A DNA stretch of 64,000 nt from a virus. The stretch lies in the UHGV virus genome UHGV-0240317. One strand, written 5' to 3'. Within the stretch, counting starts at the first letter, position 1. Every line of letters begins with the position of its first letter. A program made the translations under genes and the position numbers. Shown one piece after another: positions 48,643 to 60,128 of the stretch. The notes under the pieces were generated by a model. That model made no database searches and had not been told where the DNA came from. It was given only the letters and a program-made list of their open reading frames with translations.

Positions 48643-48857
48643 CACTTGCAGACGTTATTCAGCAACTTCATGATAACTGCTATACTCCAGAGTTGATTCA
48701 GGAGATGTGTATTGTAGTGATGCCTAGCAAGTTCGTAAAAGCCTTTAACAGTGACACTTTAAGGTCTGCACACATTCTTATTGTTGAAGGGAAGATTGCA
48801 AAAGACCGTACCGGAGTCCTTAAGGGTGAACGTATTGATATTGACTTAGCTTTTTAA
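48624..48857 (+). CDS. hypothetical protein
   Basis: ORF track. Confidence 0.5.
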   Translation: MGTSKMTLADVIQQLHDNCYTPELIQEMCIVVMPSKFVKAFNSDTLRSAHILIVEGKIAKDRTGVLKGERIDIDLAF

Positions 48858-48866
48858 GGGAAAACT

Positions 48867-49073
48867 ATGGAAGTCTTAGTAAACTATATCTATTGTTATG
48901 ATGTTGTTCACTCCACTACAACCGTAGCTCAACGTAATCCCATCATCCCACGAGAAGGTGAGTTGGTTCGCATTGATGGTTGGACTTACACTGTGGAAAG
49001 CATCATTCATAAGTTTGATGTTGCTGGCGATGTTCAAGTTATCGACGTAGAGATTGGTGGTAAGAGAAAATGA
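48867..49073 (+). CDS. hypothetical protein
   Basis: ORF track. Confidence 0.5.
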   Translation: MEVLVNYIYCYDVVHSTTTVAQRNPIIPREGELVRIDGWTYTVESIIHKFDVAGDVQVIDVEIGGKRK

Positions 49074-50170
49074 CAATCCTGTACAAACAAAATAAAGACG
49101 GTTCCTTCAACGTCTGGTCATGCGTTGCTGTAGGTGACAAAGTTATTACAACCTACGGTAAAGAAAATGGCAAGATGACGTTTGAAGAGTATACAGCAGA
49201 ACCTAAAAACATCGGTAAAAAGAATGAGCGTAACGCTGAACAGCAAGCCCTCTTTGAAGTTGCTGCTAAGTATAAAAAACAAGTTGACCGCAAAGGTTAT
49301 GCTTACACAAAAGAATCTGCACAGAATACTGAGAAGGTAGGTGTACAGCTTGCTCATGATGCTGCAAAGGTTAGTCATGCAAAGTATCTGAAGTTCCCTG
49401 CTGATGCTCAACCAAAACTTGATGGTGTCCGTTGTAGAATTTCAAGAGATGCTGATTCAGTCAGTTTCACAGCTTATTCTCGTGAGAACACTATTTATAA
49501 AATTCCTACTGAGCTAACACCTGACATTATGGCAATGTTGAGGCTCCATAAAGATGTTGATGAATTTGATGGTGAGATTTATGCTCATGGGTGGGACTTA
49601 GAAGATATTGTCTCTATGATTAAAAATGAAGACAATCCTGACAGACACTTACTTAAGTTCTACTGGTATGATATCTGTGACAGTACTAAAACGTGGCCTG
49701 AGCGTAGAGATATTATTGAGACTTCACCATTGAATGACTTTAGAGACGGCTGTAAAGTTGTTCCTGTTAAATCTCGTCGTGTAAATTCTTGGGAAGAGTT
49801 TGATGAAGCTCATGATAAGTGGGTTGAAGCTAAGTTTGAAGGTGCAATGTACCGTTCAATCTCTGAAGACTCCTTCTATGAGTGTTGTCACCGTTCATAC
49901 TTCTTGATTAAGCACAAGAAGATGCACACTGAAGAGTTTAAAGTGACTGGTGTAAAGACTGATAAGCGTGGTCATGGCAAGTTCGTTGTAGAGACTCTTC
50001 CTAACGTCTTTGTAGATGTCTCATGGAAGACTACTCATGAGAAGAAACAGTATCTTGCTGAACATCCTGAAGAGTTTATCGGGAAACCTTTGACGGTTCA
50101 GTTCCAGAAGATGACTCGTAAAGGTTCTTTACAGTTCCCTGTTGGGTTAGTTATTCGAGACTACGAATAA
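49070..50170 (+). CDS. ATP-dependent DNA ligase
   Basis: adenylation motif I PKLDGVRC; ~366 aa. Confidence 0.8.
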   Translation: MTILYKQNKDGSFNVWSCVAVGDKVITTYGKENGKMTFEEYTAEPKNIGKKNERNAEQQALFEVAAKYKKQVDRKGYAYTKESAQNTEKVGVQLAHDAAKVSHAKYLKFPADAQPKLDGVRCRISRDADSVSFTAYSRENTIYKIPTELTPDIMAMLRLHKDVDEFDGEIYAHGWDLEDIVSMIKNEDNPDRHLLKFYWYDICDSTKTWPERRDIIETSPLNDFRDGCKVVPVKSRRVNSWEEFDEAHDKWVEAKFEGAMYRSISEDSFYECCHRSYFLIKHKKMHTEEFKVTGVKTDKRGHGKFVVETLPNVFVDVSWKTTHEKKQYLAEHPEEFIGKPLTVQFQKMTRKGSLQFPVGLVIRDYE

Positions 50171-50177
50171 AAAGTTG

Positions 50178-50205
50178 TTGACATAGGAAATTTGGTGAGT
50201 ATACT
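50178..50205 (+). promoter_or_regulatory. sigma70-like promoter
   Basis: TTGACA - 16 nt - TATACT just downstream of the ligase stop. Confidence 0.6.
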
Positions 50206-50229
50206 GAGCAGCATAAACCAACGGGTACT

Positions 50230-50590
50230 CACCAGCATCACTTAAGAGTCTTTTAAAAGGGTTTTTAAGTAATGTGATGTTTGGTTTGGTGTGGTCAGGT
50301 AATGTGATGTCTGGTTTAGTGCGGTGATGTGCGGTCCGGTAAGGTCCGGTGCGGTAAAGTGCGGGTAGTTAGTCTCAGCTACATTAAAATGAGACTTACC
50401 TTTTTAAAAGGTCTTTAAGAGGGTCTTTTAATAAGGTGCTGTATGGTAAGGTGATGTCTGGTGTGGTAGGGTGAGGTTAAGTGAAGTGAAGTGAGGTGAG
50501 GTATGGGTGGATGGTAGTAGCCACGTTAAAAATCTACCAAGTTTCTAAAGAGTCTTCTGTTGAGGGTTCTTTACAAACAACTTAACAATC
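50230..50590 (+). repeat. GT-rich structured repeat array 1
   Basis: AAGAGTCTTTTAAAAGGGTTTTTAAG-type motifs, GGT-rich tracts, hairpin 50363-50400, terminal hairpin 50513-50538. Confidence 0.7.
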
Positions 50591-50596
50591 AACTAA

Positions 50597-51202
<606 letters not shown>

Positions 51203-51204
51203 TT

Positions 51205-51645
51205 ATGAATACAAAAGCATTAGCAGCAAAGTTTAGTTATGGTGACACTGTATCACACTCTGAGATGGACACCTTCTTAGGTATTGTGAAGCCAACTTAT
51301 CAAGGTGACATTGTTAAGTACGAAGATGAAATGAAGGCTTATGCGCTTACACGTCTAAACCGACTTGAGAAGTTTATTGAGAAGCTTCTTAAAGAAGAGA
51401 AGATTTATCTGGTTGCTTCAATGGGTGTTGGTTATCGTGTGGTTGAACCTAAGCATCAAGCAACTATTGCAAAACGCAAAATGTCTGGTAAGATTGGTCG
51501 TGCTTTAAAGCAAGCCACTCAAGCTATTGAGAATGTGAACACTATGGCACTTAGTCATCAAGAACGCTCACGACTGATTGAACAGCAAAACCATTTAGCT
51601 GCTATGAAAGCTAACATTAACAAGCAACGTAGAAAACCTTTCTAA
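51205..51645 (+). CDS. hypothetical protein
   Basis: ORF directly after the previous gene. Confidence 0.6.
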   Translation: MNTKALAAKFSYGDTVSHSEMDTFLGIVKPTYQGDIVKYEDEMKAYALTRLNRLEKFIEKLLKEEKIYLVASMGVGYRVVEPKHQATIAKRKMSGKIGRALKQATQAIENVNTMALSHQERSRLIEQQNHLAAMKANINKQRRKPF

Positions 51646-51654
51646 GTTGACTAG

Positions 51655-51680
51655 GTAGCCTCTTCGGAGGCTCCTTTTTA
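51655..51680 (+). terminator. rho-independent terminator
   Basis: AGCCTC-ttcg-GAGGCT followed by T-run. Confidence 0.65.
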
Positions 51681-52075
51681 AAAGGTCTTTAAGAGGGTCT
51701 TTTAATGAGGTTTGGTATGGTCAGGTATGGTGTGGTGTTGTAAGGTTTGGTGCGGTCAGGTTAGGCTTGGTATGGGTAGTTAATCGGAGCTACATAAAAA
51801 TCCGATTACATCACTTAAGAGTCTTCTAAGAGGGTTTTTAAGTGGTGTTTGGTAGGATAGAGTAAGGTAAGTTAAGGTAGGGTGAGGTCTGGTATGGTAA
51901 GGTAATGTATGGGTAGTTAATCGGAGCTACATAAAAATGAGACTCACATCACTTAAGAGTCTTTAAAAAGGGTTTTTAAGTGTTGTGAGGTGATGTAAGG
52001 TCGGGTATGGCTATGTCTTGTATGGTTTGGTATGGAAGGATGGCAGTAGCCTTATAAAAAATCTGCCAAATAAGC
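51681..52075 (+). repeat. GT-rich structured repeat array 2
   Basis: same unit as array 1; hairpins at 51773-51808 and 51910-51946; terminal hairpin 52041-52067. Confidence 0.7.
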
Positions 52076-52086
52076 TATAAAATCTG

Positions 52087-52115
52087 TTGACAGTTCAGGT
52101 GTTATAGCTTATTTT
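52087..52115 (+). promoter_or_regulatory. sigma70-like promoter (weaker -10)
   Basis: TTGACA - 17 nt - TATTTT upstream of 52154. Confidence 0.4.
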
Positions 52116-52153
52116 TATACTCAACGTCATACAAAATTTAATATAACTTTGAG

Positions 52154-52543
52154 GTGTTTATGAAAAAGATTTTATTAGCTGCTGCAATGGTTATGGCAAT
52201 GAGTTTACCAGTTAATGCAACAGAACTGCCAAATGTGAACTTATCAGGTGTCCCAGAGGATACTTGCCAGATTGTAAAAGGTGTTGCTCTAGCTAATGGT
52301 GAACTACTTAAACCAATCTCTGAAGAGTCTTTAACAGAGATGACTGACAAGGTAACTGACTATCAGTATCGTGTTCTTGCAGAGTATTTCCTGCAATCTG
52401 CAAATATTAAAGAGAAGCACCATGATGATATTGATGTACAGGCTATGCTTAATCATCGTATTCAGTTTAAAGAAGATTTGATGCAAAAAGCTATGTATGG
52501 TGTTGAGTATTTCTTAGAAAACAGAAGCTGCACAGGTATTTGA
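52154..52543 (+). CDS. hypothetical secreted protein
   Basis: N-terminal signal peptide MKKILLAAAMVMAMSLPVNA. Confidence 0.6.
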   Translation: MFMKKILLAAAMVMAMSLPVNATELPNVNLSGVPEDTCQIVKGVALANGELLKPISEESLTEMTDKVTDYQYRVLAEYFLQSANIKEKHHDDIDVQAMLNHRIQFKEDLMQKAMYGVEYFLENRSCTGI

Positions 52544-52544
52544 T

Positions 52545-52757
52545 ATGGCTCTTAAAAAGTTACATCCCAGAAGCGGTTATGGTAAGATAATTGATGATAC
52601 AGACGGCTTTACAGTCTTTACAGTTATCTGTCAAGATGATTCACAGATTGAAAAGGCTCTTGATGATTATCTTAATGATGAACGTGAAAAGGTTAGGGCT
52701 ACAAACATAGATTCATTGATTGACACTTCACGCAAACGGAAGAAGAAAGATGAATGA
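52545..52757 (+). CDS. hypothetical protein
   Basis: ORF track. Confidence 0.5.
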   Translation: MALKKLHPRSGYGKIIDDTDGFTVFTVICQDDSQIEKALDDYLNDEREKVRATNIDSLIDTSRKRKKKDE

Positions 52758-53049
52758 AGTTTTTGACCCTTATGCCCCACAAGATGATTGGGAGGCTGAT
52801 AGAGAGGCTGAAATGGAGAGTTATATTTGTCCAATGGATGTAGACGAAATGAGAGACTTCGTTGCACATCGTTTTAAGAGAGAGATTAAATCAAGAGGTC
52901 TTTCTCAAGAGCAAGTTGCTAAAATTTGTGGTATCTCTCAGTCTCGTGTATCCAACATAATCCATCTCACTGGTAATGTCTCCCTTGAGTATATGTTGGA
53001 AGTATGTGAAAAATTTGGTGTTAATTTCAATTTAAGGTTGGCAGATTAA
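52750..53049 (+). CDS. HTH-domain DNA-binding protein (putative transcriptional regulator)
   Basis: LSQEQVAKICGISQSRVSNIIH helix-turn-helix-like segment; start at MNEVFDP. Confidence 0.55.
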   Translation: MNEVFDPYAPQDDWEADREAEMESYICPMDVDEMRDFVAHRFKREIKSRGLSQEQVAKICGISQSRVSNIIHLTGNVSLEYMLEVCEKFGVNFNLRLAD

Positions 53050-53050
53050 T

Positions 53051-53410
53051 ATGAAACGTGAAAACATTATCCACTCTGAAAACTTCGCATTAGGCTTTTA
53101 TGGTGTACCTACTCACCTTGAAAAGTATTATGGTGTAAAAATTCTTTCCAATCTCATTATGGCTTACAAAGATGGTAAGATTAAGCATACTGAGAAGAAA
53201 CGTGTCATGGGCTATATGGCTGTAGGTTCAGCAATCTCGAACATTAAGCTGGAAACAACTAGCAGTCAGATTGTGAAAGACCACTTCATCAAAGAGCTTT
53301 ACCAGAATCTTGATGGTGTAGATGTTCAGGCTGTTTGGCTGGATGTTGATGGTCACAACTACACAAGTTTTGTTTTTAAAAACGATGACATCAAGTGTCT
53401 GTTCCCATAA
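53051..53410 (+). CDS. hypothetical protein
   Basis: ORF track. Confidence 0.55.
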   Translation: MKRENIIHSENFALGFYGVPTHLEKYYGVKILSNLIMAYKDGKIKHTEKKRVMGYMAVGSAISNIKLETTSSQIVKDHFIKELYQNLDGVDVQAVWLDVDGHNYTSFVFKNDDIKCLFP

Positions 53411-53422
53411 TAGGTGATTACT

Positions 53423-53938
53423 ATGATTGATATCTACTTACAAGATGCTCATGCAGATTTCCTTAAAGTGATGCTTAAAAAGTTTATGGCTTCACAGTAT
53501 GAGAATGAAGCATCTTTTAAAATAGTTACATGTGGCGATGAAGCTGGTTTTGTTGAGATTGAACATGAAGGTACTGGAAAGATTGTTTGTAAGCTACCTG
53601 ATAGTATGTTCTCTAGCACATTCTTAACAAAGACTAGTATAAATGTTAAGCTTGTGCCTCAGATTGAAACATACTCTGGTACAGATTACCCTAAAGGTTT
53701 TAAGTCACTGATGAAGCACTTCTTAGATGACTTTGTAAGTAATCTTCTGAGGGAGGTAAAAGAAAGTCGTACAGTGTTGACTGTAGAGAACATAGGAGGA
53801 ACTATCAAGGTCACTTCTGACTGTTTTGTTATGAGCCTCTTCGACTTCGTCCCTAAGAACTTTGATGGTATTCTGGATGAAGAAGATGACTGTGTAGATT
53901 TTATATTGGTTCTTGAGCCAGTTTTTGAGGTTAAATAG
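53423..53938 (+). CDS. hypothetical protein
   Basis: ATG at 53423 with AGGTGA RBS. Confidence 0.55.
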   Translation: MIDIYLQDAHADFLKVMLKKFMASQYENEASFKIVTCGDEAGFVEIEHEGTGKIVCKLPDSMFSSTFLTKTSINVKLVPQIETYSGTDYPKGFKSLMKHFLDDFVSNLLREVKESRTVLTVENIGGTIKVTSDCFVMSLFDFVPKNFDGILDEEDDCVDFILVLEPVFEVK

Positions 53939-54199
53939 ATGAAAATTGAACACTGCTATGAGTCTGATGGAACACCTATCCGTTGTCCACATTGTGGGTG
54001 TACAGACTTACAAGGTGAGGTAAGTGAAATAGTCAACGGTCATATTGCTGAAGAAAGTACCCGATGCACAGGGTGTAATGAAATTATCGCTTTCTGGGCT
54101 TATGGTTCATACCAACCATCTCCACATTTTATCTACCATCGTAGTAAAGTTGTGAAGAGTGTCATCAACTGGTTCATTAAGAAAGGGTTTACAAAATGA
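53939..54199 (+). CDS. hypothetical zinc-ribbon protein
   Basis: CPHCGC...CTGC cysteine pairs. Confidence 0.5.
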   Translation: MKIEHCYESDGTPIRCPHCGCTDLQGEVSEIVNGHIAEESTRCTGCNEIIAFWAYGSYQPSPHFIYHRSKVVKSVINWFIKKGFTK

Positions 54200-54741
54200 T
54201 TAAACTAATATTTGCAAGTGGTGAAAACGGTGAATTTGGTACACCGACTGGTATGCCGTGGCCTCGACATAAGCAAGATATGCAAGAGTTTAAGAGACTC
54301 ACTAAAAACAACTTAGTAGTGATGGGTAATGAGACTTTCAAGACTCTGGGGGGTAAGCCTTTACCAGAACGTGCAAACCTCATCTTAACAAATTCTGTAC
54401 CATACTTAGGCATAGACTTTGGCAAAGATGATGTAATGTATGCTAAAGCCAGTAAAGAGTCATTTGGAGCATTTTTGAAGTATCTTGATAGCTCTATTGA
54501 TGAAGATGTCTTTGTAATTGGTGGCGCAGGTGTCCTTGTCGATGCTTTACCGTATGCTGATGTAGTGTTCCATACTGTTTTCCATAAAGTTACTGAAGAG
54601 GTCACTGTGTATTTACCTTTTGAGAACTTCTTTGAGAAGCTGTATGATAACCGTGTATTTACAAAGGTGCAGTCAAGACCCTCAGATGATGGTAAAGCAA
54701 CCTTTGAAATTTATGTTCCACAAGTAAAAGGACACTTTTGA
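54196..54741 (+). CDS. folA: dihydrofolate reductase
   Basis: GMPWPRHKQDMQEFKRLT...VVMGNETFKTLGGKPLPERANLILT aligns with E. coli FolA. Confidence 0.85.
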   Translation: MIKLIFASGENGEFGTPTGMPWPRHKQDMQEFKRLTKNNLVVMGNETFKTLGGKPLPERANLILTNSVPYLGIDFGKDDVMYAKASKESFGAFLKYLDSSIDEDVFVIGGAGVLVDALPYADVVFHTVFHKVTEEVTVYLPFENFFEKLYDNRVFTKVQSRPSDDGKATFEIYVPQVKGHF

Positions 54742-54742
54742 T

Positions 54743-55642
54743 ATGTCACAAGCAGATTCAAGTTACAAAAATATCCTGAACCATGTTTTATCCGTTGGTG
54801 AACTGCGTACTACACGAACTGGAGACGTTATCTCTGCATTTGCTCCACCACAATTTCGTTTTGATATGAGAACTGGTTTCCCACTCTTAACATCTAAACA
54901 GGTGTTTACACGGCAAGTTATTGGGGAAGCTTTATGGTTCCTGAATGGTGAGAATAAACTTGGTGAACTCCGTTACCGTACTTGGGGTGAAAATGACGGA
55001 GAACGTTGGACTATCTGGTCAGATGATTTTAAACGATGGCTAAGTTCTAATTATTCTTCTGAACAAGATTGGTTAGAAGATGCAGGTGGGAGAATCTATG
55101 GGGTCCAGTGGAGAAACTTCGAAGGTCATAATGGTTGTGTTGTAGACCAGTTAGAGACCTTAGTAACGAAGATGAAGGGTGATATCACAGACCGTTACAT
55201 GCTTGTTAATGCTTGGAATGCAGCAGATATTGCAGCAAACTCAATGGCTTTAGCACCTTGTCATGTTCTGTTTCAGATTTATATAACTAATGAAGGTGAA
55301 GTGGATTTGCAATGGTATCAGCGTTCTGTAGACACCTTTTTAGGACTTCCGTTTAACATTGCGTCTTATGGCTTCATCTTAGAAGTTCTTTGCAAGATGA
55401 CTGGATACACTCCACGGTACTTGATAGGTGTCTTTGGAGATACTCAGATTTATCAGAACCATATGAAGCAGGTTTATGAACTGATGAACAATGAAGAGTT
55501 CCATGCACCTACTTTTGAGATTGGTGTACAGCTTAACACTTTAAGTGACTTAAAACATCTTACTGCAAGTGACTTTATTGGTGGAATTAACAACTACCAA
55601 CATGCAGGGAAGATTGAAGCACCTTTGTCAGTAGGTAAATAA
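54743..55642 (+). CDS. thyA: thymidylate synthase
   Basis: RTGTGT-like loop, ALAPCH active-site Cys, QRSVDTFLGLPFNIASY conserved block. Confidence 0.9.
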   Translation: MSQADSSYKNILNHVLSVGELRTTRTGDVISAFAPPQFRFDMRTGFPLLTSKQVFTRQVIGEALWFLNGENKLGELRYRTWGENDGERWTIWSDDFKRWLSSNYSSEQDWLEDAGGRIYGVQWRNFEGHNGCVVDQLETLVTKMKGDITDRYMLVNAWNAADIAANSMALAPCHVLFQIYITNEGEVDLQWYQRSVDTFLGLPFNIASYGFILEVLCKMTGYTPRYLIGVFGDTQIYQNHMKQVYELMNNEEFHAPTFEIGVQLNTLSDLKHLTASDFIGGINNYQHAGKIEAPLSVGK

Positions 55643-55644
55643 AA

Positions 55645-55685
55645 CAAAAAAGGCTCCCGTCAAAAGGAGCCTTAAAATTTTATTT
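55645..55685. terminator. bidirectional rho-independent terminator
   Basis: GGCTCC-cgtcaaaa-GGAGCC flanked by A-run and T-run, between convergent genes. Confidence 0.65.
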
Positions 55686-56051
55686 TTCAGTATTCTTTGT
55701 GTTCTTCTCAGTAATAGCTTGGAGGGCTGATACTGATTGAGCCAGATTATTCACACTGTCAGAGAATTTATCAAGAGTTTTGGTAAGTTTTGCGTTTTCA
55801 CCCTTAACATTCTCTAACTGAACTTTCTGGTTCTCCATCCCTAACTGAATCAGTCTCATGTCAGACTGTAAATCACGAATAGCTAAATAGTTACTTTTGG
55901 AATAATTATCGAGCTGCTGTAACTTTGTTGTGACAGACACTTCTTGTTTACCACTTGAAACTTGCATCGTGGTATACATCCCAATAACACTAAAAATACC
56001 AACTACAATTGCACCAATATTATTTTTAAAAGCTTCCTCTAGCCACTTCAT
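55680..56051 (-). CDS. hypothetical membrane-anchored coiled-coil protein
   Basis: N-terminal TM helix then coiled-coil-like sequence. Confidence 0.5.
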   Translation of the reverse strand: MKWLEEAFKNNIGAIVVGIFSVIGMYTTMQVSSGKQEVSVTTKLQQLDNYSKSNYLAIRDLQSDMRLIQLGMENQKVQLENVKGENAKLTKTLDKFSDSVNNLAQSVSALQAITEKNTKNTEK

Positions 56052-56245
56052 TTATTCTCCCCCTTAAAAGCTTTTTCTAAGTTATCTACGAACTCATCAT
56101 CAATAGGTGTGTCTGTTTTACTCGCAAGGTATCTTGCAAGCTTAAAGAACACTTTCTCAATCATGTATTCACTTAGAAGGGATAAAATGAGTTTCCAGAA
56201 GAAGCTACCTAGATTTTTTAGAAGAATTGCTAGGATTGTAGGCAT
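56048..56245 (-). CDS. hypothetical small protein
   Basis: ORF track. Confidence 0.45.
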   Translation of the reverse strand: MPTILAILLKNLGSFFWKLILSLLSEYMIEKVFFKLARYLASKTDTPIDDEFVDNLEKAFKGENK

Positions 56246-56324
56246 TTAATCACCTCATCAGCCAAGATGGTGAGAATACCCATAAAGAATATTAACACCA
56301 TCTTAACAATCAGTCAACAAGGGA

Positions 56325-58892
56325 TTAAGCAGTTCTTACCCAAGCCATTAACTTGTAGAACTGGTTAGTAACACTAAATGCTGAACCAGAACCTGTACCA
56401 CCAGTGTTACCACTAACTGTATGAGTGTGAGCACCGATACCTACAGAGTGGGAATGGTCGCCAGCACCACTTGTAGTACCAGACCATGTATGTGTATGGT
56501 TGCCAGTTGTGTTAGTGTTAGGGAATTTATTGTCCCTTCTGTCAAGCCAGTCAAGTGTTCTAGGGAGACTGTTACCAATGGTTGTATAACCGTACAAAGC
56601 ATCACCACCATTAACCAATAGTAGACCTAAGTGGTGAGCGTGGTCACCAGCAGCACTTGTTGTACCACTTACAGAGTGAGTGTGTCCACCAGTACTATTA
56701 GTTCCCTTCGTACCATAATCAAAAGATGAAGTAGTTGCAGAGAAACTATGAGTGTGTGATGGTAAGTTACCAACAGCTAACGTCACAGAATCTGAACCAC
56801 CTGTTGTAGCAACATCTGAACCGTTTGCTGCTGCAATTCTGATAGTTCTACCAACACCATTGTTCAGGTACGTCCAAGTTAACCCAGGCAACGCTGTGTT
56901 AGGGTTAACATTACTGTTAAACCACGTTACAATACCAACTGGGTAGATTTTATTAAGGTCTGTAGAGTCACTTACTGCCTGTGCAATCTTCTGGTCAGTC
57001 TCAGCTTTAGTGTATGCACCGATATCTGAAGGGGTTGGTTTTTGCATACTTGTGTAGTATTTTGCAACAGTGCCTTTAACAATACCTTGTGGTGCATCAT
57101 CAAATGTTTGTGGAGTTTCAAACAACTGTACACTTGCATTACTAGAAGACTGAACTCTTGTTGTTGTCCCATTTTGGGAATTACCAACTCTACAGTAGAT
57201 ATCATAAGTATCACCAGACGTATTCACATAACCAATGTCACTGATAAGATTATTCTTCGAGACTCTCCAAGCTACAGCGTTTAGACCCTTCGGTCTGTTA
57301 TTTGATGTTCTCAAGACAATCTCACACTTACCTGCCTGATGTGGTGTATTAGCCTTAAAACCTGACCCACCAAATACTTCAATCACCGCAGTGGATGCAG
57401 CTTGTGGCATCACAACAGTAGCAAGTTTAGCCCACTTGTCAGTGCTTCCTTTATTGAAGCCAGTACTTCTGATTCTCAAATATCTCTCATCACTAGTACT
57501 TTGGGTGAAGTATCTCCCATCAATGTTAGTCCAATCAGAAGGTCGAACTTGACCAATGATGCTCAATGTTTTATTGATAACAGCGATACTAGATAGAATA
57601 ACTTCACAATCTGTCTTGTGATTGCGAATGGTAACATCATCACTCCCTGAGCCATTACCTACATACCACCTGTAAGCACCAGTGCTGTCCTGACCTCTAA
57701 TGTACAATGGTGAGTTCTCAGAAGAGTTTTTTAACCTAATGGCTTCACCGTTTGCTTGAATAATTTGTTGGAAAGTGAAAGTGTTAGCCACATTAATCTT
57801 AGCAAGATTACTCAAAGTAGCTGCTGGAATGTATCTAGAGTCAATGTTAGCCCAATCAGAAGGTTGAACTTGACCAACGACTTTAAGTTGCTTATTAACC
57901 TTAACATAACCATTGTCGAGTCTAAGATTAGAACCATACGTATAGTTGTGGATTAATACAGCAGGTGTATTATCACCATTACCTACATACCACTTACCAG
58001 AGCCATCATTAGCTTCGCCTTTAATGTACAGTGCACCATTAGCTACAGTATTTTTTAACCTTAAGGCTGCACTATTCGTCTCAATTGATAGGATTTGATT
58101 AAATGTATTCACGCCTCTAAAGGTATTATCACCAGATAACTGTGCAAACCTCTGATTAGCTGCTGTCTGAGTAAAATACCTAGCATCTAAGTTAGTCCAA
58201 TCAGAAGGTCGAACTTGACCAGTGATTTGAATTGATTTATTCACAGAGATTAGGTTAGCTAAAATAGCTACGTATGCACCAGATTTAACGTTTTTTAAAA
58301 CAAGGTTGTCTGTGCCTTTATTATCATTGCCTAGATACCATCTGTTAGTACCATCTGCATCTTGACCACGAATATACAGCGGCATTCCTTGTGTAATATT
58401 CTTAACAATAAGAGCTTTATTGTCAGAGAGAATAGCTTGAGTACCTCTAAATGTGTTATTTACAGCTAATCTTGAGTATCTTGCATCATTTTCTTCATTA
58501 GTTCTCATCCCAAGTTCATTAGGACTTGGTTTATTCAGAGTATGATAAACAGTTGCTGACCTTGAAGCATCTGCAATAGTCAGTTTAAGACCATTTGCGT
58601 TGATTTTAAAAGTCTTTAAAACATCCCCGATATTAATCTCAGAAGAGCCTGTTGGGTTAAATACTACCTTACCACCATAAAGTAACTTAACAATTCCTAA
58701 GTCACCCGTCATAGTGCTACCAGCAATCTGAACAAATCTTTCAAGTTTAAAAGAAGCTAAGAAATCTCGATAGGTCATTCGACGGTCTTCATCGCCAAGC
58801 ATTTCAGGTCTCTTTTTAACTCTGACATGAAGAAGGTCATCTGAACGGATTGTATCGATTGAGTTTAATTCACTCAACTTGTAATCTGCCAT
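56325..58892 (-). CDS. tail fibre protein (long) with internal repeats and His-rich C-terminal domain
   Basis: three ~70 aa internal repeats (LYI(R/K)G..W..GQV.PSDW.N.D.RY); C-terminal HTHS/HSHS/HTHT motifs ending ...VRTA. Confidence 0.8.
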   Translation of the reverse strand: MADYKLSELNSIDTIRSDDLLHVRVKKRPEMLGDEDRRMTYRDFLASFKLERFVQIAGSTMTGDLGIVKLLYGGKVVFNPTGSSEINIGDVLKTFKINANGLKLTIADASRSATVYHTLNKPSPNELGMRTNEENDARYSRLAVNNTFRGTQAILSDNKALIVKNITQGMPLYIRGQDADGTNRWYLGNDNKGTDNLVLKNVKSGAYVAILANLISVNKSIQITGQVRPSDWTNLDARYFTQTAANQRFAQLSGDNTFRGVNTFNQILSIETNSAALRLKNTVANGALYIKGEANDGSGKWYVGNGDNTPAVLIHNYTYGSNLRLDNGYVKVNKQLKVVGQVQPSDWANIDSRYIPAATLSNLAKINVANTFTFQQIIQANGEAIRLKNSSENSPLYIRGQDSTGAYRWYVGNGSGSDDVTIRNHKTDCEVILSSIAVINKTLSIIGQVRPSDWTNIDGRYFTQSTSDERYLRIRSTGFNKGSTDKWAKLATVVMPQAASTAVIEVFGGSGFKANTPHQAGKCEIVLRTSNNRPKGLNAVAWRVSKNNLISDIGYVNTSGDTYDIYCRVGNSQNGTTTRVQSSSNASVQLFETPQTFDDAPQGIVKGTVAKYYTSMQKPTPSDIGAYTKAETDQKIAQAVSDSTDLNKIYPVGIVTWFNSNVNPNTALPGLTWTYLNNGVGRTIRIAAANGSDVATTGGSDSVTLAVGNLPSHTHSFSATTSSFDYGTKGTNSTGGHTHSVSGTTSAAGDHAHHLGLLLVNGGDALYGYTTIGNSLPRTLDWLDRRDNKFPNTNTTGNHTHTWSGTTSGAGDHSHSVGIGAHTHTVSGNTGGTGSGSAFSVTNQFYKLMAWVRTA

Positions 58893-58911
58893 TATAAATT
58901 TTCCTCTTAAA

Positions 58912-58929
58912 AGGGGCTATCAAGCCCCT
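58912..58929 (-). terminator. inter-genic hairpin (attenuator/terminator-like)
   Basis: GGGGCT-atca-AGCCCC then TTTT on the minus strand. Confidence 0.4.
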
Positions 58930-58938
58930 GTAAAGAAA

Positions 58939-60126
58939 TTAAGCTGTTCTCTGCCATACATAAAGTACGAAGGATGGCTGCTCAATGTTAAAAGCTTGTC
59001 CACCACCAACTCTGTTAGTGTTCCCGCTATGCGTATGCTCAGAAGAAGAAACTGTTACAGTACCATTGTGTGTATGTGAACCAATACCAACCGTATGGCT
59101 GTGAGCACCAATACCAACCGTGTGGTTGTGGTTACCAGTCGTGTTAGTGGTCACACTGAAAGAGTGGGCATGTGAACCAGCAACTTCACAGACAGCATCT
59201 GCTGAGTACCATGATTGGTCATTCCTTGAAGACCAAACCATTGCAGGTCTTTCCGATAAACCACCACCTGCTTCATAGGTCAATCTGTGGTTGTGAGCAC
59301 CAGCCGCATTTGTTGACCCACTACCCACATGGTTGTGGTTACCAGTCGTGTTAGTGGTCTTTGTTCCATAGTCAAAAGAGTTGGTAGTCTTAGTTCCATA
59401 ATCAAAAGCTGAAATTGACACCGTTGCATTATGGGTGTGACCACCGCCACTAAGAGACACAGAGTGTGAGTGTTGTGGCATGTTATTAACTGACAAAGTG
59501 ACAGTTGAAGCACCAAATACAGAGCCTGCTGGTCTTGTATCAGAGTCATAACCAACCAATGCTCTACCTTTTGAAACTAACTCCCAAGTTCCTCCACAAA
59601 TTAAATACGTAGAAGGGTTTGCAGAGTTCATGGAAAGATGGATAGTACCTACTGGATAAGAAGCCTGAACAGCCTTGTACAAGTTATTTACTGCTCTTGC
59701 TGTAGCATACTTATCTGCATCTTCGTTATAAAGGTTCGATGTTGTCCAGTTCTGGACATTGCGCAACCCTACCTGTGCCTTAGTTGTATTGTGTGGGTTG
59801 CTCTTGTCCTGAATATGCTGTTGAACAAGATTATTAACCTCTTCTGAAGACATAATCTGTAGATTTGCTCTTGCCTGAGCTACATTAGTAACGTCTGATA
59901 AGTTATTTGCAGCAACTAACTGAAGAGCATTAATAACATTATCTAAACCAATTTGTGTTTTAGTAACACCATGAGGGTTATTTCTTAGGCTTGAGTGTGG
60001 AGCAAGTAATTGCTCAAGAGTGCACCTCTTATCCTCAATACCCTGCTTAAGATGGAAGATATCACTAAGGTCAATTGGTAAGGCTGCTTGAGGCAAGGCA
60101 CTAATTTGAATTTCACCTACTGCCAT
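58939..60126 (-). CDS. tail fibre protein (short) with paralogous His-rich C-terminal domain
   Basis: C-terminus HSHS/HTHN/HNHV/HSHT motifs and ...WQRTA as in the 855 aa fibre; tandem FDYGTKTTN duplication. Confidence 0.8.
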   Translation of the reverse strand: MAVGEIQISALPQAALPIDLSDIFHLKQGIEDKRCTLEQLLAPHSSLRNNPHGVTKTQIGLDNVINALQLVAANNLSDVTNVAQARANLQIMSSEEVNNLVQQHIQDKSNPHNTTKAQVGLRNVQNWTTSNLYNEDADKYATARAVNNLYKAVQASYPVGTIHLSMNSANPSTYLICGGTWELVSKGRALVGYDSDTRPAGSVFGASTVTLSVNNMPQHSHSVSLSGGGHTHNATVSISAFDYGTKTTNSFDYGTKTTNTTGNHNHVGSGSTNAAGAHNHRLTYEAGGGLSERPAMVWSSRNDQSWYSADAVCEVAGSHAHSFSVTTNTTGNHNHTVGIGAHSHTVGIGSHTHNGTVTVSSSEHTHSGNTNRVGGGQAFNIEQPSFVLYVWQRTA

Positions 60127-60128
60127 TA

